Source of the DNA: Paracoccaceae bacterium
GTDB taxonomy: Bacteria; Pseudomonadota; Alphaproteobacteria; Rhodobacterales; Rhodobacteraceae
Assembly (NCBI GenBank): GCA_027492585.1
Contig: JAPUEK010000054.1
Location: 3,485-67,484, forward strand
Reading direction: 5' to 3'
Length of the DNA: 64,000 bases
Below, in pieces: positions 28,262 through 38,609 of the stretch; position 1 is the first letter of the stretch, and every line of letters starts with the position of its first letter. The translations under genes were made by a program, and so were the position numbers. The notes beneath the pieces are model-generated. The model was not told the DNA's origin. It worked only from the letters and a program-made list of their open reading frames with translations, and ran no database searches.

Positions 28262-29323
28262 TTGCGTGACGCGGATGTGAGCGGCGAGACGGTCGGCGCG
28301 CGGCTTCTGGAGTGGTATGACGCCCATGCGCGCGTGATGCCCTGGCGGGTGCCGCCGGAGGACAAGCTGGCGGGGGTGCGGCCCGATCCCTACCGCGTCT
28401 GGCTGTCGGAAGTGATGCTGCAACAGACCACGGTGGCGGCGGTGCGGGCCTATTTCCGGCGCTTTACGGAACGGTGGCCGACGGTGGCCGATCTGGCGGC
28501 GGCGGCGGATGGCGAGGTCATGGCAGAATGGGCGGGGCTTGGCTATTACGCCCGCGCCCGCAACCTTCTGGCCTGCGCGCGGGCGGTGGTGCGCGACCAT
28601 GGCGGGGTCTTTCCCACCAGCCGGGAGGGGCTGCTGACCCTGCCGGGCATCGGCCCCTACACGGCAGCCGCTATCGCCGCTATCGCCTATGACGAGCCCG
28701 CCGTGGTGGTCGACGGCAATGTGGAGCGGGTGGTGGCGCGGCTTTTCGCGGTGGAGGTGCCGATGCCCGCCGCCAAGCCGGAGCTGGTGCGGCTGGCTGC
28801 GCGCCTGACGCCCGAGGCGCGGCCCGGCGATTACGCGCAGGCGATGATGGATCTTGGCGCCACCATCTGCACGCCGCGCAATCCGGCCTGCGTGATCTGT
28901 CCTCTCACCCCCGACTGCGCGGCCCGGCAGGCGGGGATCGCGGCACAACTGCCGCGCAAGACCCCGAAGCCCGCCAAACCCGTCCGGCAGGGGGTCGTCT
29001 GGATCGCCCGCCGCCCGGACGGCGCGCTTTTGCTGGAGAGGCGGGCGGACAAGGGCCTTCTGGGCGGGATGCTCGGCTTTCCCGGCGACGGCTGGGACGG
29101 CGCGGGCGGCCCGGCTCCGCTCGCGGCGGAGTGGCGCGAGGCGGGGGAGGTGCGCCACACCTTTACCCATTTCCACCTGATCCTGCGGGTCCTTCTGGCC
29201 GAGACCTCCGCCCCAGCCGCGCGGGGCAGCTACAGGACCATGCCGGAATTCCACCCCTCCGATCTGCCGACATTGATGCGGAAAGCGCATGATCTGGCGC
29301 TCGCGGTCATTCCGTCGCGTTGA
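28262..29323 (+). CDS. mutY: A/G-specific adenine DNA glycosylase
   Basis: 353 aa with a TTG start per the track (GTG at 28277 is an alternative). Motifs LSEVMLQQT and GLGYYARARNL. 4Fe-4S Cys cluster (CTPRNPACVICPLTPDC). Nudix-like C-terminus. Confidence 0.9.
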   Translation: MRDADVSGETVGARLLEWYDAHARVMPWRVPPEDKLAGVRPDPYRVWLSEVMLQQTTVAAVRAYFRRFTERWPTVADLAAAADGEVMAEWAGLGYYARARNLLACARAVVRDHGGVFPTSREGLLTLPGIGPYTAAAIAAIAYDEPAVVVDGNVERVVARLFAVEVPMPAAKPELVRLAARLTPEARPGDYAQAMMDLGATICTPRNPACVICPLTPDCAARQAGIAAQLPRKTPKPAKPVRQGVVWIARRPDGALLLERRADKGLLGGMLGFPGDGWDGAGGPAPLAAEWREAGEVRHTFTHFHLILRVLLAETSAPAARGSYRTMPEFHPSDLPTLMRKAHDLALAVIPSR

Positions 29324-29393
29324 GCCTGCCGGGATTTGCGATAGACTGTCCGCGGATCTGAGGGCTACGGGCCTCAGGGCAGAGAGGCCCAGA

Positions 29394-30542
29394 ATGACAA
29401 AGATTCCCGCCGCCGAAGTCAGCCTGCTGCGAAATGCCCTGCCATTCTGGTTGTCGCTCGGCACCGTGCCGGTGGCCCTGACCGGAGCGGTCTGGGGGGG
29501 ATGGCTGGTGCTTTTGCTGCCGGTCTATTCCTGGGGGATGTTCTCGCTTCTCGACGCGGTGCTGGGCCTGAACGAAGACAACCCCGATCTCGACACGCCG
29601 GAGGCGGGGCTGTTCTGGTATCGGCTGATCACCCTCATCTGGGTGCCGGTGCAGTTCTGCCTGCTGTTCGGGCTGATCTGGTATGTGCCGCAGGCGAGCC
29701 ATCTGGGACCATGGGAGAAGATCGGGCTTTTCTTCGGAATGGGGGTCGTCTCCGGCACCATCGGCATCAACTATGCCCATGAGCTGATGCATCAGAAGCC
29801 GGCGGTGGAGCGGTGGTTCGGCGATCTGCTGTTGTCCATGGTGCTGTACAGCCATTTCCGCAGCGAGCATCTGCGCGTCCACCATCTTTATGTCGCCACC
29901 CCGCGCGATCCGGTTTCGGCGCGCTACAACGAGGGTTTCCATCGCTTTCTGCCGCGGGTCCTGTGGCAATGCCCGCAATCGGCCTGGGCGGCGGAGGCGG
30001 CGATGCTGGCGCGGCGCGGCCTGTCGCCGCTGCACCGCAGCAACCCCTTCTGGCGCTATGGCGCGCTTCAGGCCGGGATGCTGGTGCTGGCCTTGGCGCT
30101 GGGCGGCTGGCAGGGGCTTGCCCTGTTCCTGTTGCAGGCCGCTTCGGCGGTCTGGCAGTTGGAACTCGTCAATTATGTGGAACATTACGGGCTGACCCGC
30201 CGCCATCTCGGCGAGGGGAAATATGAGCACGTCCTGCCGCGCCATAGCTGGAATGCCGCGCATCGCGCCTCGAACTGGCTCCTGATCAATCTGGAGCGCC
30301 ATTCGGATCACCACTACAAGCCGGACCGGCGGTTTCCGCTGCTCCAGACCTATGCCGAGGATGAGGCGCCGCAACTGCCCTATGGCTATCCGCTGATGAC
30401 CACGATGGCGATGATCCCGCCCCTGTGGAAGCGGAGGATGAACCGGCGGGTGAAGGCCTGGCGGCGCCAGCACTACCCCGATATCGAGGATTGGCACCCC
30501 TACAACAAGGCGCTGAACCCCAAGCCGCGCGGCGCGCCCTGA
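29394..30542 (+). CDS. alkB: alkane 1-monooxygenase / membrane fatty-acid-desaturase family (AlkB-like)
   Basis: ATG 29394 (MTKIPAAEVS...). Histidine boxes HELMHQ, EHLRVHH, NYVEHYGL and HSDHH. Multiple TM segments. Confidence 0.8.
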   Translation: MTKIPAAEVSLLRNALPFWLSLGTVPVALTGAVWGGWLVLLLPVYSWGMFSLLDAVLGLNEDNPDLDTPEAGLFWYRLITLIWVPVQFCLLFGLIWYVPQASHLGPWEKIGLFFGMGVVSGTIGINYAHELMHQKPAVERWFGDLLLSMVLYSHFRSEHLRVHHLYVATPRDPVSARYNEGFHRFLPRVLWQCPQSAWAAEAAMLARRGLSPLHRSNPFWRYGALQAGMLVLALALGGWQGLALFLLQAASAVWQLELVNYVEHYGLTRRHLGEGKYEHVLPRHSWNAAHRASNWLLINLERHSDHHYKPDRRFPLLQTYAEDEAPQLPYGYPLMTTMAMIPPLWKRRMNRRVKAWRRQHYPDIEDWHPYNKALNPKPRGAP

Positions 30543-30561
30543 GGGGGTGGCGCGCCCTTGT

Positions 30562-30630
30562 CAGGCGCCGGAGGGGTTTTGCACCCCTCCGGACCTCCCC
30601 GCAGGATATTTGGGGCAAGATGAAAGGGGG
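30562..30630 (+). repeat. Family B repeat, copy B3 (short form) fused to a family A-like loop module
   Basis: caggcgccggaggggttttgcacccctccggacctccccgcaggatatttggggcaagatgaaaggggg. The first ~50 nt are essentially identical to the reverse complement of B5. The tail ggcaagatgaaaggg matches the loop of A4. Confidence 0.85.
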
Positions 30631-30653
30631 CGAGGCCGGTCCGGGGGCAGGGG

Positions 30654-30998
30654 CTAGTCCGACACTTTCTTCACGAACTGGGATTTGAGGCCCATCTGAC
30701 CGATCCCAGGGATCTTGCAGTCGATGTCGTGGTCGCCGTCCACCAGCCGGATGCCGCGGACCTTGGTGCCGACCTTGACGACGAGGGAGGAGCCCTTGAC
30801 CTTGAGATCCTTGATCACCGTGACCGTATCGCCGTCGTGCAGCACATTGCCCACGCTGTCGCGCACTTCCGGGGCATCGGCGGCGCCGGCGCTTCCGGGG
30901 TGCCATTCATGGCCACATTCCGGGCAGGTCAGCAGGGCGTCCACCTGATAGGTGAAGACGGAGGCACATTCGGGGCAGGGGGGCAGGGTGTCTGTCAT
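30654..30998 (-). CDS. phnA: PhnA family zinc-ribbon protein
   Basis: 114 aa. N-terminal CPECx(n)CPEC zinc ribbon. C-terminal DGDTVTVIKDLKVKGSS...IRLVDGDHDIDCKI is typical of PhnA. Confidence 0.85.
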   Translation of the reverse strand: MTDTLPPCPECASVFTYQVDALLTCPECGHEWHPGSAGAADAPEVRDSVGNVLHDGDTVTVIKDLKVKGSSLVVKVGTKVRGIRLVDGDHDIDCKIPGIGQMGLKSQFVKKVSD

Positions 30999-31078
30999 GG
31001 CGCAGCTATAGCGGGTCGGGCGTGGCGGAGCCAGCCGCTTTCGGCAGGAGAGCGCAAGCCAATCGAAGCGCTATGGGC

Positions 31079-31113
31079 AGAAAAATGCCCCGTCCTGACG
31101 CGCAAGACGGGGC
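31079..31113 (-). terminator. putative intrinsic terminator downstream of ccrM
   Basis: On the minus strand, an 8-bp GC stem (GCCCCGTC / GACGGGGC; 31087-31094 with 31106-31113) with an 11-nt loop, followed by ATTTTTCT. Confidence 0.6.
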
Positions 31114-31184
31114 AGGTGTGCCGCAGGCGGACCACGGCACAGGCGTAAACCCTGGGGAAAGCGGCCGTGCCGCGGTTCCGGATC

Positions 31185-32342
<1,158 letters not shown>

Positions 32343-32355
32343 TTATCCACAGGAT

Positions 32356-32394
32356 GAGTCAGACTGGATTCGCCGTCAAATTCTTTTTTGAATC
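32356..32394 (-). promoter_or_regulatory. cluster of three GANTC (CcrM target) sites immediately upstream of ccrM
   Basis: GAGTC 32356-32360, GATTC 32367-32371 and GAATC 32390-32394, all inside the 86-bp rnhB-ccrM spacer. Confidence 0.5.
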
Positions 32395-33040
32395 AAGGGG
32401 TTACAGATTTATCTTGATACAAGATGTTGTGGACGGGCCGGAAGGAACGTCTATGCCAAGGGGTCACACCAAGATTTAGGAGCGCCTCCAGATGCGCCTT
32501 TGTCGGGTATCCGGCATTGACTTCCCAGCCGTAGCCGGGGTGCTGTTGCGCCAAATCCACCATGAGGCGATCCCGCACAACCTTGGCAACGATCGAGGCG
32601 GCGGCGATGGACAGGCTGCGCGCATCGCCCTTGACGATCGCTTCGGCCCGGCCCCGCAGGCCGGAGGGGAGGAGATTGCCGTCGATGAGGCAATGATCGG
32701 GGACGGCGGGATCTGCGCCCAGCCCCTCCACCGCGCGCTCCATGGCCAGATGGCTGGCGCGCAGGATGTTCAGCGCGTCGATCTCCTCGACGCTGGCATG
32801 GGCGACGGAGACGCGGGCCAGAGCGAGGATCTGCGGGTAAAGCAGGTCGCGCTTCGCCGATGACAGCGCCTTGGAATCGCCGAGGCCCGGCGGGATGCGG
32901 GCCGGATCGAGGATCACCGCCGCCGCCGTGACCGGCCCGGCGAGGGGGCCGCGTCCCACCTCGTCCACGCCGGCGATGCAGGTGGCGCCGCGGGCAAGGG
33001 CGGCGGTCTCGAAGCTGAAATCGGGGGGGATGCGGGCCAT
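32393..33040 (-). CDS. rnhB: ribonuclease HII
   Basis: 215 aa. Motifs [14 protein letters not shown] and DSK, with an RNase HII fold signature throughout. Confidence 0.92.
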   Translation of the reverse strand: MARIPPDFSFETAALARGATCIAGVDEVGRGPLAGPVTAAAVILDPARIPPGLGDSKALSSAKRDLLYPQILALARVSVAHASVEEIDALNILRASHLAMERAVEGLGADPAVPDHCLIDGNLLPSGLRGRAEAIVKGDARSLSIAAASIVAKVVRDRLMVDLAQQHPGYGWEVNAGYPTKAHLEALLNLGVTPWHRRSFRPVHNILYQDKSVTP

Positions 33041-33069
33041 GGGCCTGTCTATCCCGAAGGGCGGGGCGG

Positions 33070-33104
33070 AAAAAGGGGGGGCGGAGGCTGCTCACCCCTC
33101 CGCC
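33070..33104 (-). terminator. putative intrinsic terminator downstream of the 175-aa secreted-protein gene
   Basis: On the minus strand, an 8-bp stem (GGCGGAGG / CCTCCGCC; 33080-33087 with 33097-33104) followed by CCCCCCTTTTT. Confidence 0.55.
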
Positions 33105-33159
33105 CCAAGGCCCGGCCGGGATGGGACGCACCGGCACGGGGGGGATTGCTGCGACGCGA

Positions 33160-33687
33160 TCAGCGGCCGCCGACGGTGAACCCGGCGTCCCGCAGACATT
33201 GCGCGGAATAGACCCGATCCCGCTCGCCATAGATGCGGATGTTGCGGGCGCAATCGGGCAGACGGTAGTTGAAGCCCTCCTCCCTCATGCAGTTCTCGCT
33301 GTAGACAGTGACATTGCGCTGCTGCTGGCTGTCGATCTCGATGGCGCAGACCGACGGCACGCGGGGATGCTTGACCGGATTCGGTTTCGGCTGGGGGGGT
33401 TGCGGCTTCGGATGATGGGAGCCTTTGTTGTCGATGCCGTTGACGATGGCGCCGAGGATCAGCGCGGCGGCAAGCGCCTTGGCCAGATCGTCGCCGCGCT
33501 TGTCGGCGCGGGCCGGAACGGCGGCGACGGCCAGAAGCGACAGCGCCACGGCGGCGGCGGTCAGCCCGGTCATCAGCTTGCGGATGGCGCGGGACAGTGC
33601 CGGAGCTGCGGAGGTGCCGCGGCGCGACATCAGCGTTTCGGCAAGCGTCTCGGAGGAAAGGGCATGGGCGGGAAGGCGACGGGTCAT
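33160..33687 (-). CDS. hypothetical secreted protein with Pro-rich linker and two tandem 2-Cys repeats
   Basis: ATG 33687 is preceded by AGGAGG at a 7-nt spacing. Hydrophobic signal (LTAAAVALSLLAVAAVPARA). Linker HHPKPQPPQPKPNPVKHP. The C-terminus carries two copies of C-x16/17-C-[ML]-R-[ED]-x-G-F. The upstream part of track ORF ..34077 was rejected. Confidence 0.6.
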   Translation of the reverse strand: MTRRLPAHALSSETLAETLMSRRGTSAAPALSRAIRKLMTGLTAAAVALSLLAVAAVPARADKRGDDLAKALAAALILGAIVNGIDNKGSHHPKPQPPQPKPNPVKHPRVPSVCAIEIDSQQQRNVTVYSENCMREEGFNYRLPDCARNIRIYGERDRVYSAQCLRDAGFTVGGR

Positions 33688-33923
33688 TCTGGAACCTCCT
33701 GTTGGCAGCGGCCGGCTGGGGCGGCCTCGGGTCATGGCCAAATCCTCGCCCCGCAGCGGAAGGACAGGCAATAACGCCCGCCTGTTATCGGATAGCAGCC
33801 GCCTTCCGCGCCCTTGGTTATTGAATATCCGCACCACTCCGCGCAGGATGATCCGGAGTTCCCGCCGACCCTTCCTTCCTGCCGACCCTTCCTTCCCCAC
33901 GGCCCCTTCCCGGAGAGCCTGCC

Positions 33924-34223
33924 ATGATCCGCCCGAGCTTCGCGGCCCCGCCCATTGCAGCCCTGCTGTGCCTGATGCTGGCCCTGCCGGCTGCCGCCGA
34001 TTGCTATGCCGATTACAAGGCCAAGCAGGACAGCCCCTTGCGCCTGCATTACGGTGTGGCGCAGGTATCGGATGCAAACTGCTCTCCGGCCGCTGCCGAG
34101 GCGGAACTTGCGCCGCGTCTGGCTGCCGATGGCTGGACCTTGCTCAATGTTCTGTCCACATTCGGCCCGGAAGGACTTGAGGAAAGGAAAGACAGTGCAG
34201 GAGCCTACTTCCTCCGCTACTGA
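33924..34223 (+). CDS. hypothetical small secreted protein (99 aa, 2 Cys)
   Basis: GGAGAG lies 7 nt upstream of the ATG. Signal peptide MIRPSFAAPPIAALLCLMLALPAAA. The 3' end overlaps the next gene. Confidence 0.5.
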   Translation: MIRPSFAAPPIAALLCLMLALPAAADCYADYKAKQDSPLRLHYGVAQVSDANCSPAAAEAELAPRLAADGWTLLNVLSTFGPEGLEERKDSAGAYFLRY

Positions 34224-34899
34224 AGGTCTCCGCGCGGGCAACCGCGTGGTCGCGGGCGGGATTGCCGCCATCGTGCTGATCCTCTTCGGCGCGGCGGTGT
34301 TCCTGTTCCTGAACCTGCCCGATGCCAATGCCTTCAACGCGCGGGTGGAACGGCTTTTCGTCGAGAACAACGACCTGACCTCGGCGGCGGATATCAAGCT
34401 TCTGGAGATTCTCGCGCAATCCGGCACCTCGTTTTCTGAGGTGCTGCAAAGCTACCGTTCCGTGATCTTCGTCCTGCTGGTCTTCTCCACCGCGCTGCTG
34501 GTCGCGGCTCTCGTGTTCCTCGTCACCATCATCGCGCTGAACCGCCGGATCTCGGCGATCCAGCGCTCCGGCATCCAGGTCTCCTCCATGCTGATCAGCC
34601 GCGAGGCGCGGGCGGTCTATATCAACGACATGGAATTCGCCTTGACCGAGGCTGCCATCGAGACGCTTTCGGTGCTGGCCGAGGCGCGGATGGATGATGA
34701 GGTGCTGACCGGCGCCCAGATCGAATCGGTGATCTCCGGCCGGAGCGAGGCCGATTGCGACGAAGCCGCCGGTGCCACCCGCGTCAAGCGTCTGCGCGAT
34801 GCGCTCGGCAACCAGCTTGTCAGCGAACTCCTGGTCAAGACCATCGCCCGCCGCGGCTATATGCTCGCCGTGGGCAAGGATGCGCTCAAGATGATCTGA
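34195..34899 (+). CDS. membrane protein with two TM helices and a C-terminal OmpR/PhoB-type winged-helix DNA-binding domain
   Basis: GTG 34195 is preceded by GAGGAAAGGA (ATG 34147 is an alternative). TM1 VVAGGIAAIVLILFGAAVFLFL. TM2 VIFVLLVFSTALLVAALVFLVTIIAL. The C-terminal segment ...LTEAAIETLSVLA...RVKRLRDALG...VKTIARRGYMLAV resembles Trans_reg_C. Confidence 0.6.
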   Translation: MQEPTSSATEGLRAGNRVVAGGIAAIVLILFGAAVFLFLNLPDANAFNARVERLFVENNDLTSAADIKLLEILAQSGTSFSEVLQSYRSVIFVLLVFSTALLVAALVFLVTIIALNRRISAIQRSGIQVSSMLISREARAVYINDMEFALTEAAIETLSVLAEARMDDEVLTGAQIESVISGRSEADCDEAAGATRVKRLRDALGNQLVSELLVKTIARRGYMLAVGKDALKMI

Positions 34900-34919
34900 C
34901 GGCGCCTCGGGCCGCGGGG

Positions 34920-34996
34920 GAAGCCTCCGGCGGGGATATTTGAGCCAGTATGAAAGGGCTTTCTTCTCTTTTCAAATATCCCCCGCGGAGCGTTCC
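34920..34996 (-). repeat. Family A repeat, copy A5 (full, reverse orientation)
   Basis: gaagcctccggcggggatatttgagccagtatgaaagggctttcttctcttttcaaatatcccccgcggagcgttcc. Almost exactly the reverse complement of A1. Confidence 0.9.
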
Positions 34997-35133
34997 GCGG
35001 CCGCAGCCCGCGCAGATGCCTCAAGATATTGGGGATAAAGGGCCACCTTCGTCCAGATGAAGGGGCCTGAGGTTGACTCGGGGGGCGGCGATGGCCGATC
35101 CTTGCGGCCTGCGGAATCACGGGACCAGAGGCA

Positions 35134-38100
35134 TTGCGTTTCAACAGGCTGCGGCTCAACGGCTTCAAGAGCTTCGTCGATCCGACGGATCTGGTGATCC
35201 ATGACGGGTTGACCGGCGTGGTCGGGCCGAATGGCTGCGGGAAGTCCAATCTCCTTGAGGCGTTGCGCTGGGTGATGGGGGAAAACCGTCCGACCGCGAT
35301 GCGCGGCGGCGGGATGGAGGATGTGATCTTCAACGGTGCCGCGACGCGCGGCGCCCGGAATTTCGCCGAGGTCGCGCTGGTCATGGACAACAGCGACCGG
35401 CTCGCGCCCTCCGGCTTCAACGATGCCGATACGATCGAGATCGTGCGTCGCATCACGCGGGATGCGGGATCGGCCTATAAGCTCAACACCAAGGATGTGC
35501 GGGCGCGCGACGTGCAGATGCTCTTCGCAGATGCCTCGACCGGGGCGCATAGCCCGGCGCTGGTGCGGCAGGGGCAGATCTCGGAGCTGATCAACGCCAA
35601 GCCCAAGGCGCGGCGGCGGGTGCTGGAGGAGGCGGCGGGGATCTCCGGCCTTTACCAGCGGCGCCATGAGGCGGAACTGAAGCTGTCCGGGGCGGAGGCC
35701 AATCTTCTGCGCGTCGATGATGTGCTGGAGGCGCTGGCCCAGCAGCTTTCGGCGCTGGTCCGGCAGGCGCGGGCGGCGGCGCGTTACCGGGAAATCGGCG
35801 AGGAACTGCGGCGGGCGGAGGGGCAGCTCCTGTTCCGGCGCTGGCGCGAGGCGGATCTGGCGCGGGGGGAGGCCGATGGGAACCTTCGGCAGCGGGTGGC
35901 GGAGGCCGCGCAGGCCGAGGGCGCCGCCCGGCAGGCCGCCCGGCTGACCGCCGCTGCGGAGGAGGCCCTGCCTCCCCTGCGGGAGGAGGAGGCGATTGCC
36001 GCCGCCATCCTTCAGCGTCTGACCGTGCAGCGCGACCAGTTGGGCGATCAGGAGGCCCGCGCCCGCGCCCGGATCGAGACGCTCCGCGGCCGGATCGCCG
36101 AGCTTGCCCGCGATGCCGAGCGCGAGGCGGGGCTGAACCGCGACGCGGGCGAGGTGATCGAGCGGCTCGACTGGGAGATCGACCAGCTCGCCCGCGCCCA
36201 TGACGGTCACGAGGAGCGGCTGGCCGAGGCCTCCGACAGCGCGCGCGAGGCGTCGGCGGCGCTGACCGGGCGGGAGGAGGTGCTCTCCGCCGCCACCGAG
36301 GATGCCGCCCGTCTTGCCGCCCGCCACCAGTCCACCCAGCGGCTGCTGGCTGACAGCCGCGCCGCCCTTGCCCGCGCCGAGGCCGAGGCGCAGCGGGCGG
36401 AGGAGGCGGTTCTGGCCGCCGATCAGGCCCTTGCCGGAGCCGGGGAGGCGATGACCCTTGCCGAAGAAGGGCAGGAGGCCGCCGTGGCCATGGCCGAGGC
36501 TGCCGACGAGGCGCTCGTTCAGGCCGAGGAGTCCCGCGCCGAGGCTCAGCACCGGGAGGCGGAGGCGCGCGCCCTGCGCTCGGAGGCGGAAGGCGAGGCT
36601 TCCGCCCTGCGCGCCGAGGTCGCGGCGCTGGCCAAGCTCGTCCAGCGGGAGGCGCAGGCCGGGCATCAGGTGCTCGACCGGCTGGAGGTGGAGCCGGGGC
36701 TGGAAAAGGCGCTTGGCGCCGCCCTTGCCGATGATCTGCGCGCGCCGGAAGTGGCGGGGGACCGGCCCTCGGGCTGGGTGGTGCTGCCGCCCTATCCCGA
36801 GGCCGCAGACCTTCCCGGCCCCGCCACCCCGATGGCCGCCCATGTCGGCGCGCCGGAGGTTCTGGCCCGCCGTCTGGCCCAGATCGGCTTGGTGGACCGG
36901 CAGGACGGCCCGCGTCTGCAACCCCTGTTGCAGCCGGGTCAAAGGCTTGTCAGCCGCGAGGGCGATCTCTGGCGCTGGGACGGGTTCCGGGCGGGGGCGG
37001 AGGATGCGCCCTCTGCCGCTGCGCTGCGTTTGCAGCAGTTGAACCGGCTCACCCGGCTCAAGCGCGATCTGGAGGAGGTCGCGGCGCGGGCCGACGGGGC
37101 CGCGCAGGCCCATGCGCTCTTGCAGGCGCGGCTTTCCGATCTCGCCCGTGCCGACCAGTTGGCCCGCGAAGCGCGCCGTGCCGCCGATGCCCGCGTGGCG
37201 GAGGCCAACCGCACCGCCGCCCGCGCCGAGGCGGATCGCTCCATCGCCGAAGGCCGGCTGGAGGCGGCGCGCCTTGCCGTCCGCCGTCATCACGACGACC
37301 GGGGAGAAGCGCAGGAGCGGCTGGAAGAGGCGCTCGCCATGGCGGAGGATCTCGGCGATCTCGACCTGACCCGTGCGGCGGTCGAGGAGGCCCGTGTGGC
37401 GGTGGAGGCGGCGCGGATCACCATGATGACCCGCCGCTCCGCCCATGACGAGATCCGCCGCGAAGGCGAGGCGCGGGTGCGTCGCCGGCAGGAGGCGGTG
37501 AAGGAGCTGTCCGGCTGGAAGCACCGGCTGGAGACCGCCACCCGCCGCATCGGTGAACTCGACAGCCGCCGGGTGGAGGCGGAGGAGGAATTGGCCGAAG
37601 CCTCTGCCGCGCCCGAGGAAATCGCCATCATGCGCGAGGAGCTGTCGGAGGCCATGGCTGCCGCCGAGATCCGGCGCACGGCGGCGATGGAGGCCCTGGC
37701 GCAGGCGGAAGCGCTGCACCGGCAGGCCCGCGATACCGAGCGCGACGGCGAACGCCTTGCCGGAGAGGCGCGGGAGGCACGGGCGCGGGCCGAGGCGCGT
37801 TCCGAAGCCGCGCGGGCGGTGGTGACTGCCGCCGCGGAGCGCATCGCCGAGGATGCGGGTGCGACGCCGGCGCAGCTTCTGGATACGCTGAAGCTCGACC
37901 CCGACCGGATGCCGGATGCCGAGACGCTGGAAACCGAAGTGCAGCGGCTGAAGCGCCAGCGGGAGGCGCTGGGCGCCGTCAACCTGCGGGCGGAGGAAGA
38001 CGCCAAGGCGGTCGAGACGGAATATGACACGCTCGCCCGCGAGAAGGTCGATCTGGAAGAGGCGATCAAGAAGCTGCGCGCCGGGATCGCCGGGCTGAAC

Positions 38101-38589
38101 CGCGAGGGACGGGAGCGGCTTCTGACCGCCTTCGAGCAGGTCAACGCCAATTTCGGCACGCTCTTCACCCATCTTTTCGGTGGCGGCGAGGCCCGGCTGG
38201 TGCTGGTCGAAAGCGATGATCCGCTGGAGGCGGGGCTGGAGATCATGGCGCAGCCGCCGGGCAAGCGGCTGTCCACGCTCAGCCTTCTGTCCGGGGGGGA
38301 GCAGACGCTGACCGCGCTGGCGCTGATCTTCGGCGTCTTCCTCGCCAATCCCGCGCCGATCTGCGTGCTGGACGAGGTGGATGCGCCGCTGGATGACGCC
38401 AACGTCACCCGGTTCTGCGATCTTCTCGACGAGATGACCCGGCGGACGGAGACGCGGTTCCTGATCATCACCCACCATGCGGTGACGATGGCGCGGATGG
38501 ACCGGCTGTTCGGGGTGACGATGGCGGAGCAGGGGGTGAGCCAGCTCGTCTCCGTCGATCTGAAACGGGCCGAGGCGATGGTGGCCTGA
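35134..38589 (+). CDS. smc: chromosome segregation protein SMC
   Basis: 1151 aa with a TTG start per the track. Walker A GPNGCGKSN, long Ala/Glu/Arg-rich coiled coils, a hinge, signature LSGGE(Q) and Walker B LDEVDAPLD. Confidence 0.93.
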   Translation: MRFNRLRLNGFKSFVDPTDLVIHDGLTGVVGPNGCGKSNLLEALRWVMGENRPTAMRGGGMEDVIFNGAATRGARNFAEVALVMDNSDRLAPSGFNDADTIEIVRRITRDAGSAYKLNTKDVRARDVQMLFADASTGAHSPALVRQGQISELINAKPKARRRVLEEAAGISGLYQRRHEAELKLSGAEANLLRVDDVLEALAQQLSALVRQARAAARYREIGEELRRAEGQLLFRRWREADLARGEADGNLRQRVAEAAQAEGAARQAARLTAAAEEALPPLREEEAIAAAILQRLTVQRDQLGDQEARARARIETLRGRIAELARDAEREAGLNRDAGEVIERLDWEIDQLARAHDGHEERLAEASDSAREASAALTGREEVLSAATEDAARLAARHQSTQRLLADSRAALARAEAEAQRAEEAVLAADQALAGAGEAMTLAEEGQEAAVAMAEAADEALVQAEESRAEAQHREAEARALRSEAEGEASALRAEVAALAKLVQREAQAGHQVLDRLEVEPGLEKALGAALADDLRAPEVAGDRPSGWVVLPPYPEAADLPGPATPMAAHVGAPEVLARRLAQIGLVDRQDGPRLQPLLQPGQRLVSREGDLWRWDGFRAGAEDAPSAAALRLQQLNRLTRLKRDLEEVAARADGAAQAHALLQARLSDLARADQLAREARRAADARVAEANRTAARAEADRSIAEGRLEAARLAVRRHHDDRGEAQERLEEALAMAEDLGDLDLTRAAVEEARVAVEAARITMMTRRSAHDEIRREGEARVRRRQEAVKELSGWKHRLETATRRIGELDSRRVEAEEELAEASAAPEEIAIMREELSEAMAAAEIRRTAAMEALAQAEALHRQARDTERDGERLAGEAREARARAEARSEAARAVVTAAAERIAEDAGATPAQLLDTLKLDPDRMPDAETLETEVQRLKRQREALGAVNLRAEEDAKAVETEYDTLAREKVDLEEAIKKLRAGIAGLNREGRERLLTAFEQVNANFGTLFTHLFGGGEARLVLVESDDPLEAGLEIMAQPPGKRLSTLSLLSGGEQTLTALALIFGVFLANPAPICVLDEVDAPLDDANVTRFCDLLDEMTRRTETRFLIITHHAVTMARMDRLFGVTMAEQGVSQLVSVDLKRAEAMVA

Positions 38590-38609
38590 GGGCGGGAAGG
38601 GGCGGCGGG

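Noticed and set aside
34972-38478. 1168-aa minus-strand ORF antisense to smc
   Set aside because: Same reasoning. The plus strand encodes a complete SMC with Walker A, hinge, signature and Walker B. The antisense translation is repetitive Arg/Leu/Gly/Pro-rich sequence.
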